DNA from: Pseudomonadales bacterium
Lineage (GTDB): Bacteria; Pseudomonadota; Gammaproteobacteria; Pseudomonadales; JAHRWD01
Assembly: GCA_029210125.1 (NCBI GenBank)
Contig: JARGPR010000008.1
Span: 56,635-120,634 of the forward strand
DNA: 64,000 nucleotides
Direction of reading: 5' to 3'
Shown: positions 21,299 to 32,450 of the stretch, one piece after another
Layout: every line of letters begins with the position of its first letter
Numbering within the stretch: the first letter of the stretch is position 1
Notes under the pieces: model-generated
The model's input: only the letters and a program-made list of their open reading frames with translations
Databases searched by the model: none
Told to the model about the DNA's origin: nothing
Made by a program: the position numbers and the translations under genes

Positions 21299-22153
21299 AT
21301 GAAGCTTGTCATCATCACTGGACGCTCTGGAGCAGGAAAAAGTACCGCTCTGCACGTGCTTGAAGACCTGGGATTTTTCGCAATCGATAATGTTCCCGCG
21401 GAAATGATTCCAGATATAACCCGCAAAGCCAAAGAGAGCGACGATCCCGAATACAAGCATTTAGCCATTATTGTTGATGCTCGCAACAATGTTCATACAC
21501 TAAGCCAATTCCCAGCAATATTGCAGCAACTTGAAAAACAGGAAATCGATATTGAAGTCGTTTACCTCGATGCTGATGACTCGATACTTCTTCACCGCTT
21601 CAGCGAAACCCGCCGTAAACACCCGCTTAGCAGCAATGAGATAATACTTACTGAAGCCATTGCACAGGAACGCTCCCTACTCGAGCCATTTTTACAGCGT
21701 GCTAGTCTGAGGATCGATACTAGCCAACTCACACTCCATCAATTGCGCGACCTGATTTCCACACGGCTTGGCCACAAAAAAGATGGCCATTTGGCGTTAT
21801 TGTTTCAGTCGTTTGCTTTTAAAAAAGGCATTCCAATCGATGCCGATATGGTGTTCGATGTCAGATGTTTACCCAACCCCCATTGGGATACCTCACTGCG
21901 CGCACTTACCGGCCGTGATACAGGCGTAATCAACTTCCTAAGCCAGCAGTCAGATGTTACCGAGATGTTAAATGATGTGCGGGATTTCCTTGATAAATGG
22001 TTGCCTCAATTTATAGACACCAATCGCAGCTATATTACAGTTGCTATTGGCTGTACAGGTGGCCAGCACCGATCCGTATACTTCTGCGAACAACTTGCGA
22101 ACCATTTTAAACACGACCTACCCAATGTTTTGGTTCGCCATCGTGAGTTATGA
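21299..22153 (+). CDS. rapZ: RNase adapter RapZ
   Basis: GRSGAGKS, DVRCLPNPHW, GCTGGQHRSV, HREL. Confidence 0.97.
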   Translation: MKLVIITGRSGAGKSTALHVLEDLGFFAIDNVPAEMIPDITRKAKESDDPEYKHLAIIVDARNNVHTLSQFPAILQQLEKQEIDIEVVYLDADDSILLHRFSETRRKHPLSSNEIILTEAIAQERSLLEPFLQRASLRIDTSQLTLHQLRDLISTRLGHKKDGHLALLFQSFAFKKGIPIDADMVFDVRCLPNPHWDTSLRALTGRDTGVINFLSQQSDVTEMLNDVRDFLDKWLPQFIDTNRSYITVAIGCTGGQHRSVYFCEQLANHFKHDLPNVLVRHREL

Positions 22154-22264
22154 CATTTTCCCTCTAACCTACTGATAGGCACACTTGAACACTGGCTCGT
22201 GGGACTTCGACCTGCAGAAAGTATTTGTACCCCCTATGAATCACCTTTAAGCTGACTATAACCG

Positions 22265-23623
22265 ATGGCCAAAAAACAAAAAGTAGAAAAAAACCAGGCG
22301 CGATTGCTTGAGCTGAATCACGCACTGGAAAGTGGTACCTTCGCACCCATTCGAGCGATGCTTAACGGACTGCCAGCGGTTGACGTTGCAAGATTACTAG
22401 AGTCCTCACCACCCAAACTACGAAGCGCTCTTTGGCAACTGATCGAACACAGTCATGAAGGGGATATCCTTCAATACCTCAGTGACGATCTCCAGGCCTA
22501 CTACCTAAATCGAATGAACCCGACGAAGGTGGCGGCCATCACCGAAGGGTTGGATACCGATGATATCGCCGATATCCTGCAACAGCTTCCCGACACCGTA
22601 ATTCATCAAGTATTGCGTGCAATGGATAGCCAGGACCGCCATCGTGTCGAGCGAGTTCTCTCCTACCCGGAAGACACTGCGGGCCGCCTGATGGATACCA
22701 ATACGATTACGGTGCGACCACGGTTCACCCTTGATGTCGTGTTGCGCTACCTCCGCCGTCATGAAGAGCTGCCAGATATGACCGACAATATTATTGTCGT
22801 CAACAGCAGAGATGAGTTTGTTGGTCTGCTTCCTCTTTCAAAAATATTAGTTAGTGATCCAACCGTTACTGTACGGGAAACCATGCAAACGGATATTGAG
22901 CCCATCCTGGCCACAATGACTGAACAGGAGGTTTCCAATCTGTTTGAACGACACGACTGGGTCTCCGCTCCGGTCGTTGATGAGAAGGGCATACTGGTCG
23001 GTCGCATCACCATTGATGACGTCGTTGATGTAATTTTGGAAGACGCTAGCCACTCCATTTTAAGCATGGCTGGACTTGATGAGGACGAGGATGCATTCGC
23101 ACCCGTTAAAATCACCGCAACCAACCGCTTACCCTGGCTGGGTGCCAACCTGATTACCAACATACTAGCCGCCGGTGTAATTTCACTGTTTACCGATGCT
23201 ATCGAACAGGTTGTAGCGCTTGCTGTGTTAATGCCCATTGTAGCCAGTATGGGTGGTGTAGCTGGAAGTCAGACATTAACCCTTGTCATTCGTGGTATAG
23301 CCCTGGGACAAATCGGAACAGCCAATGTACGGTGGTTACTGAGGAGGGAATTGCTTGTCGGCATGATAAATGGAATAGTATGGGCCGCTGCACTGGGAGC
23401 ATTTGCGGTATTCTGTTTTGATGACGTTGCACTCGGCTGGATCATTGCTGTGGCTATGATTCTCAACATGATTGCAGCTCCTCTGGTGGGTGCCTTTTTA
23501 CCTCTATTTTTGAAAAAAGTGAACATAGACCCTGCACTGGCCGGCACTGTGCTTCTTACAACCATCACCGATGTAGTCGGTTTTGTAGCCTTTTTAGGTC
23601 TTGCCTCACTGGTATATTTATAG
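22265..23623 (+). CDS. mgtE: Magnesium transporter MgtE
   Basis: N-terminal domain, CBS pair, MPIVASMGGVAGSQ, DPA..LTTITD. Confidence 0.96.
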   Translation: MAKKQKVEKNQARLLELNHALESGTFAPIRAMLNGLPAVDVARLLESSPPKLRSALWQLIEHSHEGDILQYLSDDLQAYYLNRMNPTKVAAITEGLDTDDIADILQQLPDTVIHQVLRAMDSQDRHRVERVLSYPEDTAGRLMDTNTITVRPRFTLDVVLRYLRRHEELPDMTDNIIVVNSRDEFVGLLPLSKILVSDPTVTVRETMQTDIEPILATMTEQEVSNLFERHDWVSAPVVDEKGILVGRITIDDVVDVILEDASHSILSMAGLDEDEDAFAPVKITATNRLPWLGANLITNILAAGVISLFTDAIEQVVALAVLMPIVASMGGVAGSQTLTLVIRGIALGQIGTANVRWLLRRELLVGMINGIVWAAALGAFAVFCFDDVALGWIIAVAMILNMIAAPLVGAFLPLFLKKVNIDPALAGTVLLTTITDVVGFVAFLGLASLVYL

Positions 23624-23692
23624 CGTTACCGGCACTAGAGATACGCTTGATTCTTGAATGCAGGCTAGTGCCTTCCGAAGGGTTTGGAAAGG

Positions 23693-24574
23693 CTATTCGG
23701 AGGTGTCTGTATTGCAGAAAAAACGCTGATGTTCCGCCACAGGAAGATCAGATCGATATTGAGCTAACAGGCCCAGATCAATATCAGCGGTGATCACGCC
23801 AGGTTCGCTTCCTGCTTCAGCCAGAACTTTACCCCACGGATCGATAATCATACTGTGCCCCCATGTCTCCCGTTTTGGCCCATGGAACCCACCCTGATTG
23901 CTGGCAAGCACATAGCTCAAATTTTCAATTGCCCGTGCCCGTAACAGAGGTTCCCAATGTGCTTTACCCGTTGTCGCAGTAAATGCTGAAGGTACCGCAA
24001 TTAACTGAGCACCCGCGTTAAATAGGATCCTGTATAACTCAGGGAATCGCAAATCATAACAAACAGACATGCCTATCTTGCCCAGGGGTGTATCGACAGT
24101 AACCGGGGCATCCCCTGGCTCAAAGGTGTCGGACTCCCGATAGCTGCCATGCCCGTCTGCTATTTTGGCATCAAACAGATGCAGTTTATCGTAGCGAGCA
24201 AGCTCGACGCCCCGGTCGTCGTAACAAAAACTAGCTGCCCTAACCCTGTTTTTTATTGTCTGGTTATTGGGATGAACCCCGGTATCAGGCACTGCGATCG
24301 GCAAGGTGCCTGCAATTAGAAAAATCTGATGTTGCTTTGCTAATCGGCTCATAAATGGACGAATAATGGGTTTCTCTGATGCTTCTAGCAGACCCATCTT
24401 ATACATCTGCTTTGCATTAAAAACAGCGAAATTTTCAGGCAGTACCGCCAACCTGGCACCGTCGCCCTCGGCTTTTTCAATAAGGCCTGCAACTATATCC
24501 AGGTTTTCATTGAGCTGATCGCTGCTGTTCATCTGGATTACCGCTGCCTTGAATGACGTTGATGGATTTTTCAT
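23693..24574 (-). CDS. Carbon-nitrogen hydrolase (Nit1-like deaminated glutathione amidase)
   Basis: E-K-C triad: LPEN, YDKLHLFD, CYDLRFPE; ATG 24574 has GGAG upstream. Confidence 0.9.
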   Translation of the reverse strand: MKNPSTSFKAAVIQMNSSDQLNENLDIVAGLIEKAEGDGARLAVLPENFAVFNAKQMYKMGLLEASEKPIIRPFMSRLAKQHQIFLIAGTLPIAVPDTGVHPNNQTIKNRVRAASFCYDDRGVELARYDKLHLFDAKIADGHGSYRESDTFEPGDAPVTVDTPLGKIGMSVCYDLRFPELYRILFNAGAQLIAVPSAFTATTGKAHWEPLLRARAIENLSYVLASNQGGFHGPKRETWGHSMIIDPWGKVLAEAGSEPGVITADIDLGLLAQYRSDLPVAEHQRFFCNTDTSE

Positions 24575-27500
24575 ACAGCTCCATAATTTTTGAATTAGCT
24601 TCGGTCTCGAAAACACTATCGAGTTCCACCACAGGATTTTCGAGCTTTCCGGTTATTCGATAACGAGCGCTACTAAATACCTTAAGAGAATCTTCAAACA
24701 ACTTGCTAGCAATAAAGACCGCAGCAGCCGTAGGCAACCCGCCTATTAAAGCGCCGTACCATGGTAAATTTCGACTCACAGGCAGTGTCACTACCAGGCT
24801 CATATCGAGCTGATCTTTTTCCACATAATACAACCCCGACAATTCAAAATTTGCGGATACCCCCTCTATCTCGATGATATCCTTGATATGAACGACACCA
24901 TTTTCTAATAGTAGGTCGCCACCAATTCGCTTGTACTTCATACTTTTGCCAACCAGACCGGCAAAATTGGAACCCAAACCACCAATAAAACCTTCAATAT
25001 TAAGCAAATTTATAACACTTAAAGGAGCACCTGCATCACCCGCTAAAAAATGACCCTTTTTGGAAATAACACTGAATTCACCCGTCGCTGAAAGCGCCGA
25101 AATTTGATCAGGGCGACCACTTGAAGTTAAGATCAAATCAATTACGCCTTCCTCGCTCGACAATACCGGAGCGAAGCCGAAGGACTTGGTCACTATAGAA
25201 ATATCCTTAAATTTACCCTTTAACTGAATTTCGGTGGAGGTTTCTTCATCCGATACCAACCAGTCAAATCGAACTTTTTCAATTGCCAAATTTTCGGAGG
25301 TGATAGTTCCATCCGATAAATGAGCTCCTTTAGAATCACTATGTAATTTCCATTTCCATGCACCAGTATCACGCCCATTTAGTACCATGTGATCAACTGA
25401 AAAATCAATAGCCGAAAAAGTCCGCGGGTCGATATTTTCTAACAATCGCTGTTCTTTGGTTGGCTTATTTCCCTCGACTAAATGTTCATCGTAGTTGATT
25501 TGAAGATCAAATACCTCAATCAATAAAGGTCGATTAGGATCGAAATACCATTGAGCTTGCCCCGACGAAAGATTACATTGATATCGGAGTGAAACACCCT
25601 CATCACCTTTATTTAAGTCAATTTCAGATTCGCCCAACCTAAAGTCACCGTACTTGAGATTGACGATACTAAGATCTACAGTATCAATTGGAAAATTGCT
25701 ATATCCGCTACTTTTCTTGCCTGAACTCTCTGAATTTTTAGGGTTATTCGACACATTCGCGTTCATCATCAAATCAATCCAGGGTTCGATATCAAATTCC
25801 TTTAATACCCCTTCAATGGAAAAACCAGCATGTTCGATAGATTCAAATCGAAACTGACTAGCAACCCCCTCCCCTAGAATAAGTTTCCCCCGGGGTGATT
25901 GGCCCGCCGCAACCTCAAGACTCAAATTAATATCATTATCCAACCCAAAATTCAGGTGTTGGGGCGCTCCACTCAACTCCATCGAAAAACGAAAAGCTCT
26001 ACTTTCATCCACTTGTTTTTTTAGTGGGTTTGGATATGTGCTAGCTACCCCGACAAGGTCTGAATAGACCTGCAATAGCGGCTTGGATGAGCTGTCATGA
26101 TAGATATCGAGTGTCGCTCCATATTCAGTTTTCCCGTTCAGCAACGGAAACTGGGATAAGTCATACCAGGCACTTAATCTATCTAGCTTCGTTGCACCTT
26201 TTAACTGAATGGAGGTTGTTGATGGTTTTCCGTCGACTAAAACGGTTTCCACCAAACCCATAACAGGCTCCTCAAGAAAGGTTGCGGAAAATTCCTTTGA
26301 GGTAATACCGGTTTTGCTGGAAAAGTTAACACTGCCTGCGACCTGTTCAAATTTCAGAAAATAGTCAGGCAGTTCCAGGTCGTTGTTATCAGTATGTAAT
26401 TCAACCTCATATTCAACGTCAACTGAATCTTTTTTTATCGGTATCTGCAATTCCAGTTCTGTCGACAATTCTCCTGATATTGTAAGCTGTTTTAGCAACT
26501 CCGGATTCAAGTCAGCGATAGGTGTTTCCCGAAGATAGTCCAGCGCAGACTCTGCTTGATCCCGAAATTCCGTGGACACTTGTAACAGGTATTCATCATT
26601 TACCGCTTCGCCGGTTACAACAACGTCACCAACCACGATATCTCTGGTTTTGACTGTGGATGACTCAATCCGTAATTGGTCATCATTAACCCAGATAGTA
26701 CCGTTTAGTTCTTCCAAAGCGGGCCACTGTTGATCAAAGGTTAGATCCACATCAAGGAGATTAAAAACCAACTGCAAATTGCGACTATTTGGTTTCGCTC
26801 CCTTTTTTAAAGAGCCTTGATAGAGCACTCCGCCCTCTTCTATAGAACCGGAAAGCAAGTTTTTATCGAGCCAGGCCATCAATTTTTCGGTTTCCGGTCG
26901 ATTGGAAAGATAATCAGATTTGGCCCCCACTGAACTATTGTGCAATCCCACCAACAGCGAAAGCTCCGGCTCCTGTTCGCCATAGGGAAATTGAATATGG
27001 AATATTCCAGCCGCCTTGGCCTGCTCGCTTTCCAATGTGATCAGCTCCGAACGCATCAGAACACCCCAGGGTTTGATTGACCAGAGGATAGCTCCCGCAG
27101 CCTTTTGGTAATGCCATTTATTTCCAAATAATTCGGGAAAATGGAGCTCAAATGGTTGCGAATCGATCGTGAGAATACCGGTGATACTATGAGCAGTGCC
27201 TTCAAATCCCCCATAGCCATTTAAGCGCCCAATCGACGGTACACCATTCCAAGCGTCCATTGAAAGGTCATCTAAAACACTCCACATACCAAATCTAACC
27301 GGGTGATCAACTTGGAGTGTAATTTCGACATGAGGTGAGCCCAACGCTCCAGAAATATTCATTTTCTGAAGTGCCTTGGAAAACACATGATCGGTACCGA
27401 GCATTGCTTGAACCAATGGAGTTAACGGCTCAACTTGCATTAAATCTGTATCCGCTCGAATCGAATATTTATCTTCTGTTTCTTCAATATTGATCATCCA

Positions 27501-28583
27501 GCGCGGTATCTGCCACTGAGTATCACCGATACTAAATTCAATACCGCTGACCCCCAATACGCTCAATCGACGGGATTGATGACCACTTTCACTCTGCCCG
27601 GGAGCTTTGCTGCTTAACCTGCTTCTGCCAAGTATGTGCCAATGGAGGTTTAAACCCAGATCAGTAAACTTAACTGAAGGCGAACTATTCAATTGAAGCT
27701 CAAGACTTTCGAAATTGATATTCGATTTAATAGCGCGAATTTTAGCGGCTTCGATATCCAGCCATACTCGTCCAGCGACACGTCCAGCCTTTACTGGAAC
27801 TGCATCCGTTTGTTCCTTTAACGAGGGGATATACTCTGGATCAAAATTGGTAACGGGTAGCTCTGCGTAGCCCTGGCCAGTGAGTTCATCATTCTTTTCT
27901 AGATCCAAAATAAAACGAAAAGTGTCAGATCGTCGATCAACAACAGGAGATTCACTCCTTGGAGTACTCAAGTTGCCTTGTACAGGGCGAGTGGTAAATT
28001 GAACTTTCTGCCTGTCGCGAGTTTCTGTATACAATAGCGATGTATCCAGAAATTCGTAACTGTGGCCTTCAATAGCAACTGTCATTTGACCTGCGCGTAC
28101 ATCAACTGATTCAACGGCTGCTAACATCAAAGCGATCTGCTTCAATTCAAATTTTGGTGTATCGTTACTGGATATATCTATCCTTGAGTGGAGACTCCAG
28201 CCACCAACAAAAACCCGCGAAAAAACCAGTTTTTGATGTAGCAATGTAGATAATCCGTTTAGCCGGATTTCTGCGTTGCCAAGAGAGACTGACTTCAGAT
28301 TATCGGAGTTCGGCTTAACCACTTTCAGATTGGTTAAGCGTACAATCGGATCGAAATATTCCCAGTCACCTTCAATTGAACCAATCGATAGCTCCACATT
28401 GAACCGTTTAGACACATTCGATTCAATCAATTCACGAGCATTGGAAAGCTGAAGAAACGATAGGCGAACCACGGAGACCAGCAGCGAAACAAAAATCAAA
28501 GCAAACAGCGCTATACGAAATAAAAGCGTCGCTGTCCGTTTAACTATTTGATTGGCAAGACTCATTTCAGGTTTTCGACCCAA
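24507..28583 (-). CDS. yhdP: YhdP (AsmA-like) lipid transport bridge protein
   Basis: 1358 aa with N-terminal TM, beta-rich body, C-terminal YRITGKLENP; position between maf and nit. Confidence 0.85.
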   Translation of the reverse strand: MGRKPEMSLANQIVKRTATLLFRIALFALIFVSLLVSVVRLSFLQLSNARELIESNVSKRFNVELSIGSIEGDWEYFDPIVRLTNLKVVKPNSDNLKSVSLGNAEIRLNGLSTLLHQKLVFSRVFVGGWSLHSRIDISSNDTPKFELKQIALMLAAVESVDVRAGQMTVAIEGHSYEFLDTSLLYTETRDRQKVQFTTRPVQGNLSTPRSESPVVDRRSDTFRFILDLEKNDELTGQGYAELPVTNFDPEYIPSLKEQTDAVPVKAGRVAGRVWLDIEAAKIRAIKSNINFESLELQLNSSPSVKFTDLGLNLHWHILGRSRLSSKAPGQSESGHQSRRLSVLGVSGIEFSIGDTQWQIPRWMINIEETEDKYSIRADTDLMQVEPLTPLVQAMLGTDHVFSKALQKMNISGALGSPHVEITLQVDHPVRFGMWSVLDDLSMDAWNGVPSIGRLNGYGGFEGTAHSITGILTIDSQPFELHFPELFGNKWHYQKAAGAILWSIKPWGVLMRSELITLESEQAKAAGIFHIQFPYGEQEPELSLLVGLHNSSVGAKSDYLSNRPETEKLMAWLDKNLLSGSIEEGGVLYQGSLKKGAKPNSRNLQLVFNLLDVDLTFDQQWPALEELNGTIWVNDDQLRIESSTVKTRDIVVGDVVVTGEAVNDEYLLQVSTEFRDQAESALDYLRETPIADLNPELLKQLTISGELSTELELQIPIKKDSVDVEYEVELHTDNNDLELPDYFLKFEQVAGSVNFSSKTGITSKEFSATFLEEPVMGLVETVLVDGKPSTTSIQLKGATKLDRLSAWYDLSQFPLLNGKTEYGATLDIYHDSSSKPLLQVYSDLVGVASTYPNPLKKQVDESRAFRFSMELSGAPQHLNFGLDNDINLSLEVAAGQSPRGKLILGEGVASQFRFESIEHAGFSIEGVLKEFDIEPWIDLMMNANVSNNPKNSESSGKKSSGYSNFPIDTVDLSIVNLKYGDFRLGESEIDLNKGDEGVSLRYQCNLSSGQAQWYFDPNRPLLIEVFDLQINYDEHLVEGNKPTKEQRLLENIDPRTFSAIDFSVDHMVLNGRDTGAWKWKLHSDSKGAHLSDGTITSENLAIEKVRFDWLVSDEETSTEIQLKGKFKDISIVTKSFGFAPVLSSEEGVIDLILTSSGRPDQISALSATGEFSVISKKGHFLAGDAGAPLSVINLLNIEGFIGGLGSNFAGLVGKSMKYKRIGGDLLLENGVVHIKDIIEIEGVSANFELSGLYYVEKDQLDMSLVVTLPVSRNLPWYGALIGGLPTAAAVFIASKLFEDSLKVFSSARYRITGKLENPVVELDSVFETEANSKIMELYEKSINVIQGSGNPDEQQRSAQ

Positions 28584-28675
28584 CTTAAAAATTCAGCATT
28601 GCCCTTTTCCCTGATTAGTCGTTCAACCGCTACTAATCCCATGAGCAACATAAACCCCTTCCCCAATACGGGTCC

Positions 28676-29269
28676 TTACAAACAGTGAATTCCTGCTGAT
28701 TTTAACAGTCTCGCGGTTTCTTCCAATGGTAACCCCACAACACCTGAATAACTGCCTTCAATACGAGAAACAAAAACCGCCCCAAGGCCCTGAATTGCGT
28801 ATCCACCGGCTTTATCAAGGGGTTCACCACTTCCCCAGTACGCCATCATTTCTCCCTGCTCAATTGTCCGAAATATCACGTCGGTTTTTACCAAAATGGT
28901 CTCTACACGTTCCTTCGATGCTAGCGCTACCGCTGTTATTACCTGATGGGTTGAACCCGAAAGTTTTCCCAACATTTCCAGACCATGCTGTTGTGATTCG
29001 GGTTTACAAAAAATTTCATCCCCTGCAAAAACTATGGTATCCGCTGCCAAAACTGGCAGAGGGGCTTTAGCGGTCGCTTCAATAAGACGAAAACCCTCGC
29101 GAGCTTTTTCGGCGGCCATACGGGTTGCGTAGCATTCTACGGTTTCGCTATTAACAGGCGTTTCATCTATAGAAAACCGGATGACTTCAAATCGAATCCC
29201 GATTTGCTGCAGAAGCTCAGCTCTCCTTGGTGAGCTAGAGGCGAGATATATCTGTCCATACGGTTTCAT
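28676..29269 (-). CDS. maf: Maf/YhdE nucleotide pyrophosphatase
   Basis: LASSSPRR, AADT, DKAGGYAIQG, VVGLP. Confidence 0.95.
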   Translation of the reverse strand: MKPYGQIYLASSSPRRAELLQQIGIRFEVIRFSIDETPVNSETVECYATRMAAEKAREGFRLIEATAKAPLPVLAADTIVFAGDEIFCKPESQQHGLEMLGKLSGSTHQVITAVALASKERVETILVKTDVIFRTIEQGEMMAYWGSGEPLDKAGGYAIQGLGAVFVSRIEGSYSGVVGLPLEETARLLKSAGIHCL

Positions 29270-29301
29270 ATACGATTTAATCTAGCCTGTACAAATCTAT
29301 A

Positions 29302-29772
29302 TTACCGCCGAACACGCTGCAGCAGCGTAAATATAAATGGCCACATTAGCGCGCTAAAAAGCACTGGTAAAAAAAACGAAAAACTGAACGATGCCTGTCC
29401 TGAAAACTGCGCGATCAACCCGTCTATCAGCTCATATATAGCCACAGCAAAGGCTATAAGCAGTGTCTGTTGAGTCCTAGAGAACATTCGGAACTGCTGA
29501 TGCAAACTCACTGCAAAAAATGCAGCGATTACAAATGTCATGGCATGCTGCCCCAGCAACGAACCTTCAACAAGATCAAGCAACAAACCAACCACCCAGG
29601 CAGACGACAACCCGATGCGTTCCGGTAATGCGATCAACCAATACAGTAATACCAGCAACACCCATTCCGGCCGCAATAAATTAAAGGTATTTGATAAGGG
29701 GATAGTTGCTAACAGAAATGCCACAAACAAACTGAACAGTACAATGGATAGATTGGTCGCTCTCGTCTCCAT
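29302..29772 (-). CDS. mreD: Rod shape-determining protein MreD
   Basis: RPEWVLLVLLYW, GLLLDL..GSLLGQHA. Confidence 0.95.
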   Translation of the reverse strand: METRATNLSIVLFSLFVAFLLATIPLSNTFNLLRPEWVLLVLLYWLIALPERIGLSSAWVVGLLLDLVEGSLLGQHAMTFVIAAFFAVSLHQQFRMFSRTQQTLLIAFAVAIYELIDGLIAQFSGQASFSFSFFLPVLFSALMWPFIFTLLQRVRR

Positions 29773-29775
29773 CGT

Positions 29776-30654
29776 CTACTGGCCCTGCTCGGCTTCATTA
29801 CTATCCTGAAAGCCGGTAGTTGCTTTTAGAACACGATCAGGAGAGAACACCAGCAAAAAATGCTGTGCTTTGGTCAAGGATGCAGTGGGAGTCGCTTTAA
29901 TTCTCGCAAAAGCCTGGCCAGGGTCGTGCTCAACAACGCTCACAAAAGCTACAGGATAACCAGATGGGAAACGTTGGCCGAGACCTGACGTCACCAACAA
30001 ATCTCCAACTTCAATATCCGCAGTATCAGGAATATATAAGAGTTCTAGCTCATTAATATGATCGGTTCCGCTTAAAATTGCCCGCAGCCCATTGCGATTA
30101 ACCAGTACCGGAACTGAATGGGTATTATCGGTAATCAGTAGCGCTCGACTTGAAAGCTGTCCTGCTTCAATAACTTGTCCAACCAATCCATCCGCATTCA
30201 CAACCGGCTGACCAACAAAAACACCGCTGCTTGTTCCTTTACCTAGAATGATTTGGTGGGCATTTGAGTCTGGCGAAACACCGACTAACTCCGCAACAAT
30301 CACTTTTTGATCAAGCAATGCAGACGAGTTCAGAAGCTCTCTCAAGCGTGTATTCTCAGCAGTTAAGGCAGCGAGCCGCTGGACCTTATATTGCAAAAGT
30401 AGTGCTTGAGCTTTTAGTGCTTTATTTTCCTGCTGGAGTGTTTCTCTACCGGTAAAAAAACTATCGACACGATCCCCCAAATCCAAGAATGTCCGAGAGA
30501 CCTTATATACAGAGGTGGAAAGCAAACCCAATGATGAGCGAACTTCATCGAGGTAGCTATATCTGAAGTCCGCGACCATCAGCACTAATGCTAATGCTGT
30601 CAGAAGGAACAAACGAGCCTTTAGGAAAGGTCGATTAATAAAAATCGATTTAAT
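29776..30654 (-). CDS. mreC: Rod shape-determining protein MreC (probable ATT start at 30654; ORF track starts at TTG 30612)
   Basis: Coiled coil ENTRLRELL; GLVGQV; VTSGLGQRFPSGYPV. Confidence 0.95.
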   Translation of the reverse strand: MKSIFINRPFLKARLFLLTALALVLMVADFRYSYLDEVRSSLGLLSTSVYKVSRTFLDLGDRVDSFFTGRETLQQENKALKAQALLLQYKVQRLAALTAENTRLRELLNSSALLDQKVIVAELVGVSPDSNAHQIILGKGTSSGVFVGQPVVNADGLVGQVIEAGQLSSRALLITDNTHSVPVLVNRNGLRAILSGTDHINELELLYIPDTADIEVGDLLVTSGLGQRFPSGYPVAFVSVVEHDPGQAFARIKATPTASLTKAQHFLLVFSPDRVLKATTGFQDSNEAEQGQ

Positions 30655-30726
30655 AGTGACTGCTCCACACTTAAAACGCTATTCGTATTGGCAATATTAG
30701 CTACCAATACCAGACCAACGATTTAT

Positions 30727-31764
<1,038 letters not shown>

Positions 31765-32047
31765 TCAATTTCGGTGTCCCGCACCGCCCATCAGCAAGAG
31801 TGTCAATTGAGTAAAAACTATAGCAGGGCGCGTCAACCGCGATCACTAACTGCCACCTAGTTCCAAACAAACAAAGAAAAACCGTTAATTCATTGAAAAA
31901 AATAGGTTTTTTAATTAATTTCGCACTGTATCAGCGGCAGGGATTCAGAGCAAGCGCTAAATATGGTAAGTTTGGGGCTGTTTACCTATACGGTTTATTC
32001 TGACAAACACTGGTAAAAGTGGAACCCATTGCAACGGAGAACTTTTA

Positions 32048-32335
32048 ATGTCGATTGACAGCAAGGAAATAGAAAAACTCGCCGATCTGGCTCGCCTTAA
32101 GTTCGACCAAGAACAACTTGGTGAAGTCACTGATCGGATCGCATCGGTACTGGATTTTATCGATCAGCTTCACCAGACCGAAACTCAAGCCATAGAACCG
32201 ATGGCTCACCCAATGGATGCCGTGCAACGCCTGCGGGCTGACAAGGTCACCGAAAGCAATCAACGGGAAAAATATCAACAGGTCGCACCGGCAACTGAAA
32301 ATGGTCTTTATCTGGTGCCGAAAGTCATTGAGTGA
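32048..32335 (+). CDS. gatC: Asp/Glu-tRNA amidotransferase subunit C
   Basis: LARL..PMAHP..LRAD..YLVPKVIE. Confidence 0.96.
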   Translation: MSIDSKEIEKLADLARLKFDQEQLGEVTDRIASVLDFIDQLHQTETQAIEPMAHPMDAVQRLRADKVTESNQREKYQQVAPATENGLYLVPKVIE

Positions 32336-32450
32336 ACAAGATGTATAAAATAACGCACACGCTGAAACACAGACCAACAAGCTTGCAATACAATTATTCT
32401 TAATCACGCACTCAATTACGCGGCATTTAACTACAGGAAGCACGCTTTCC

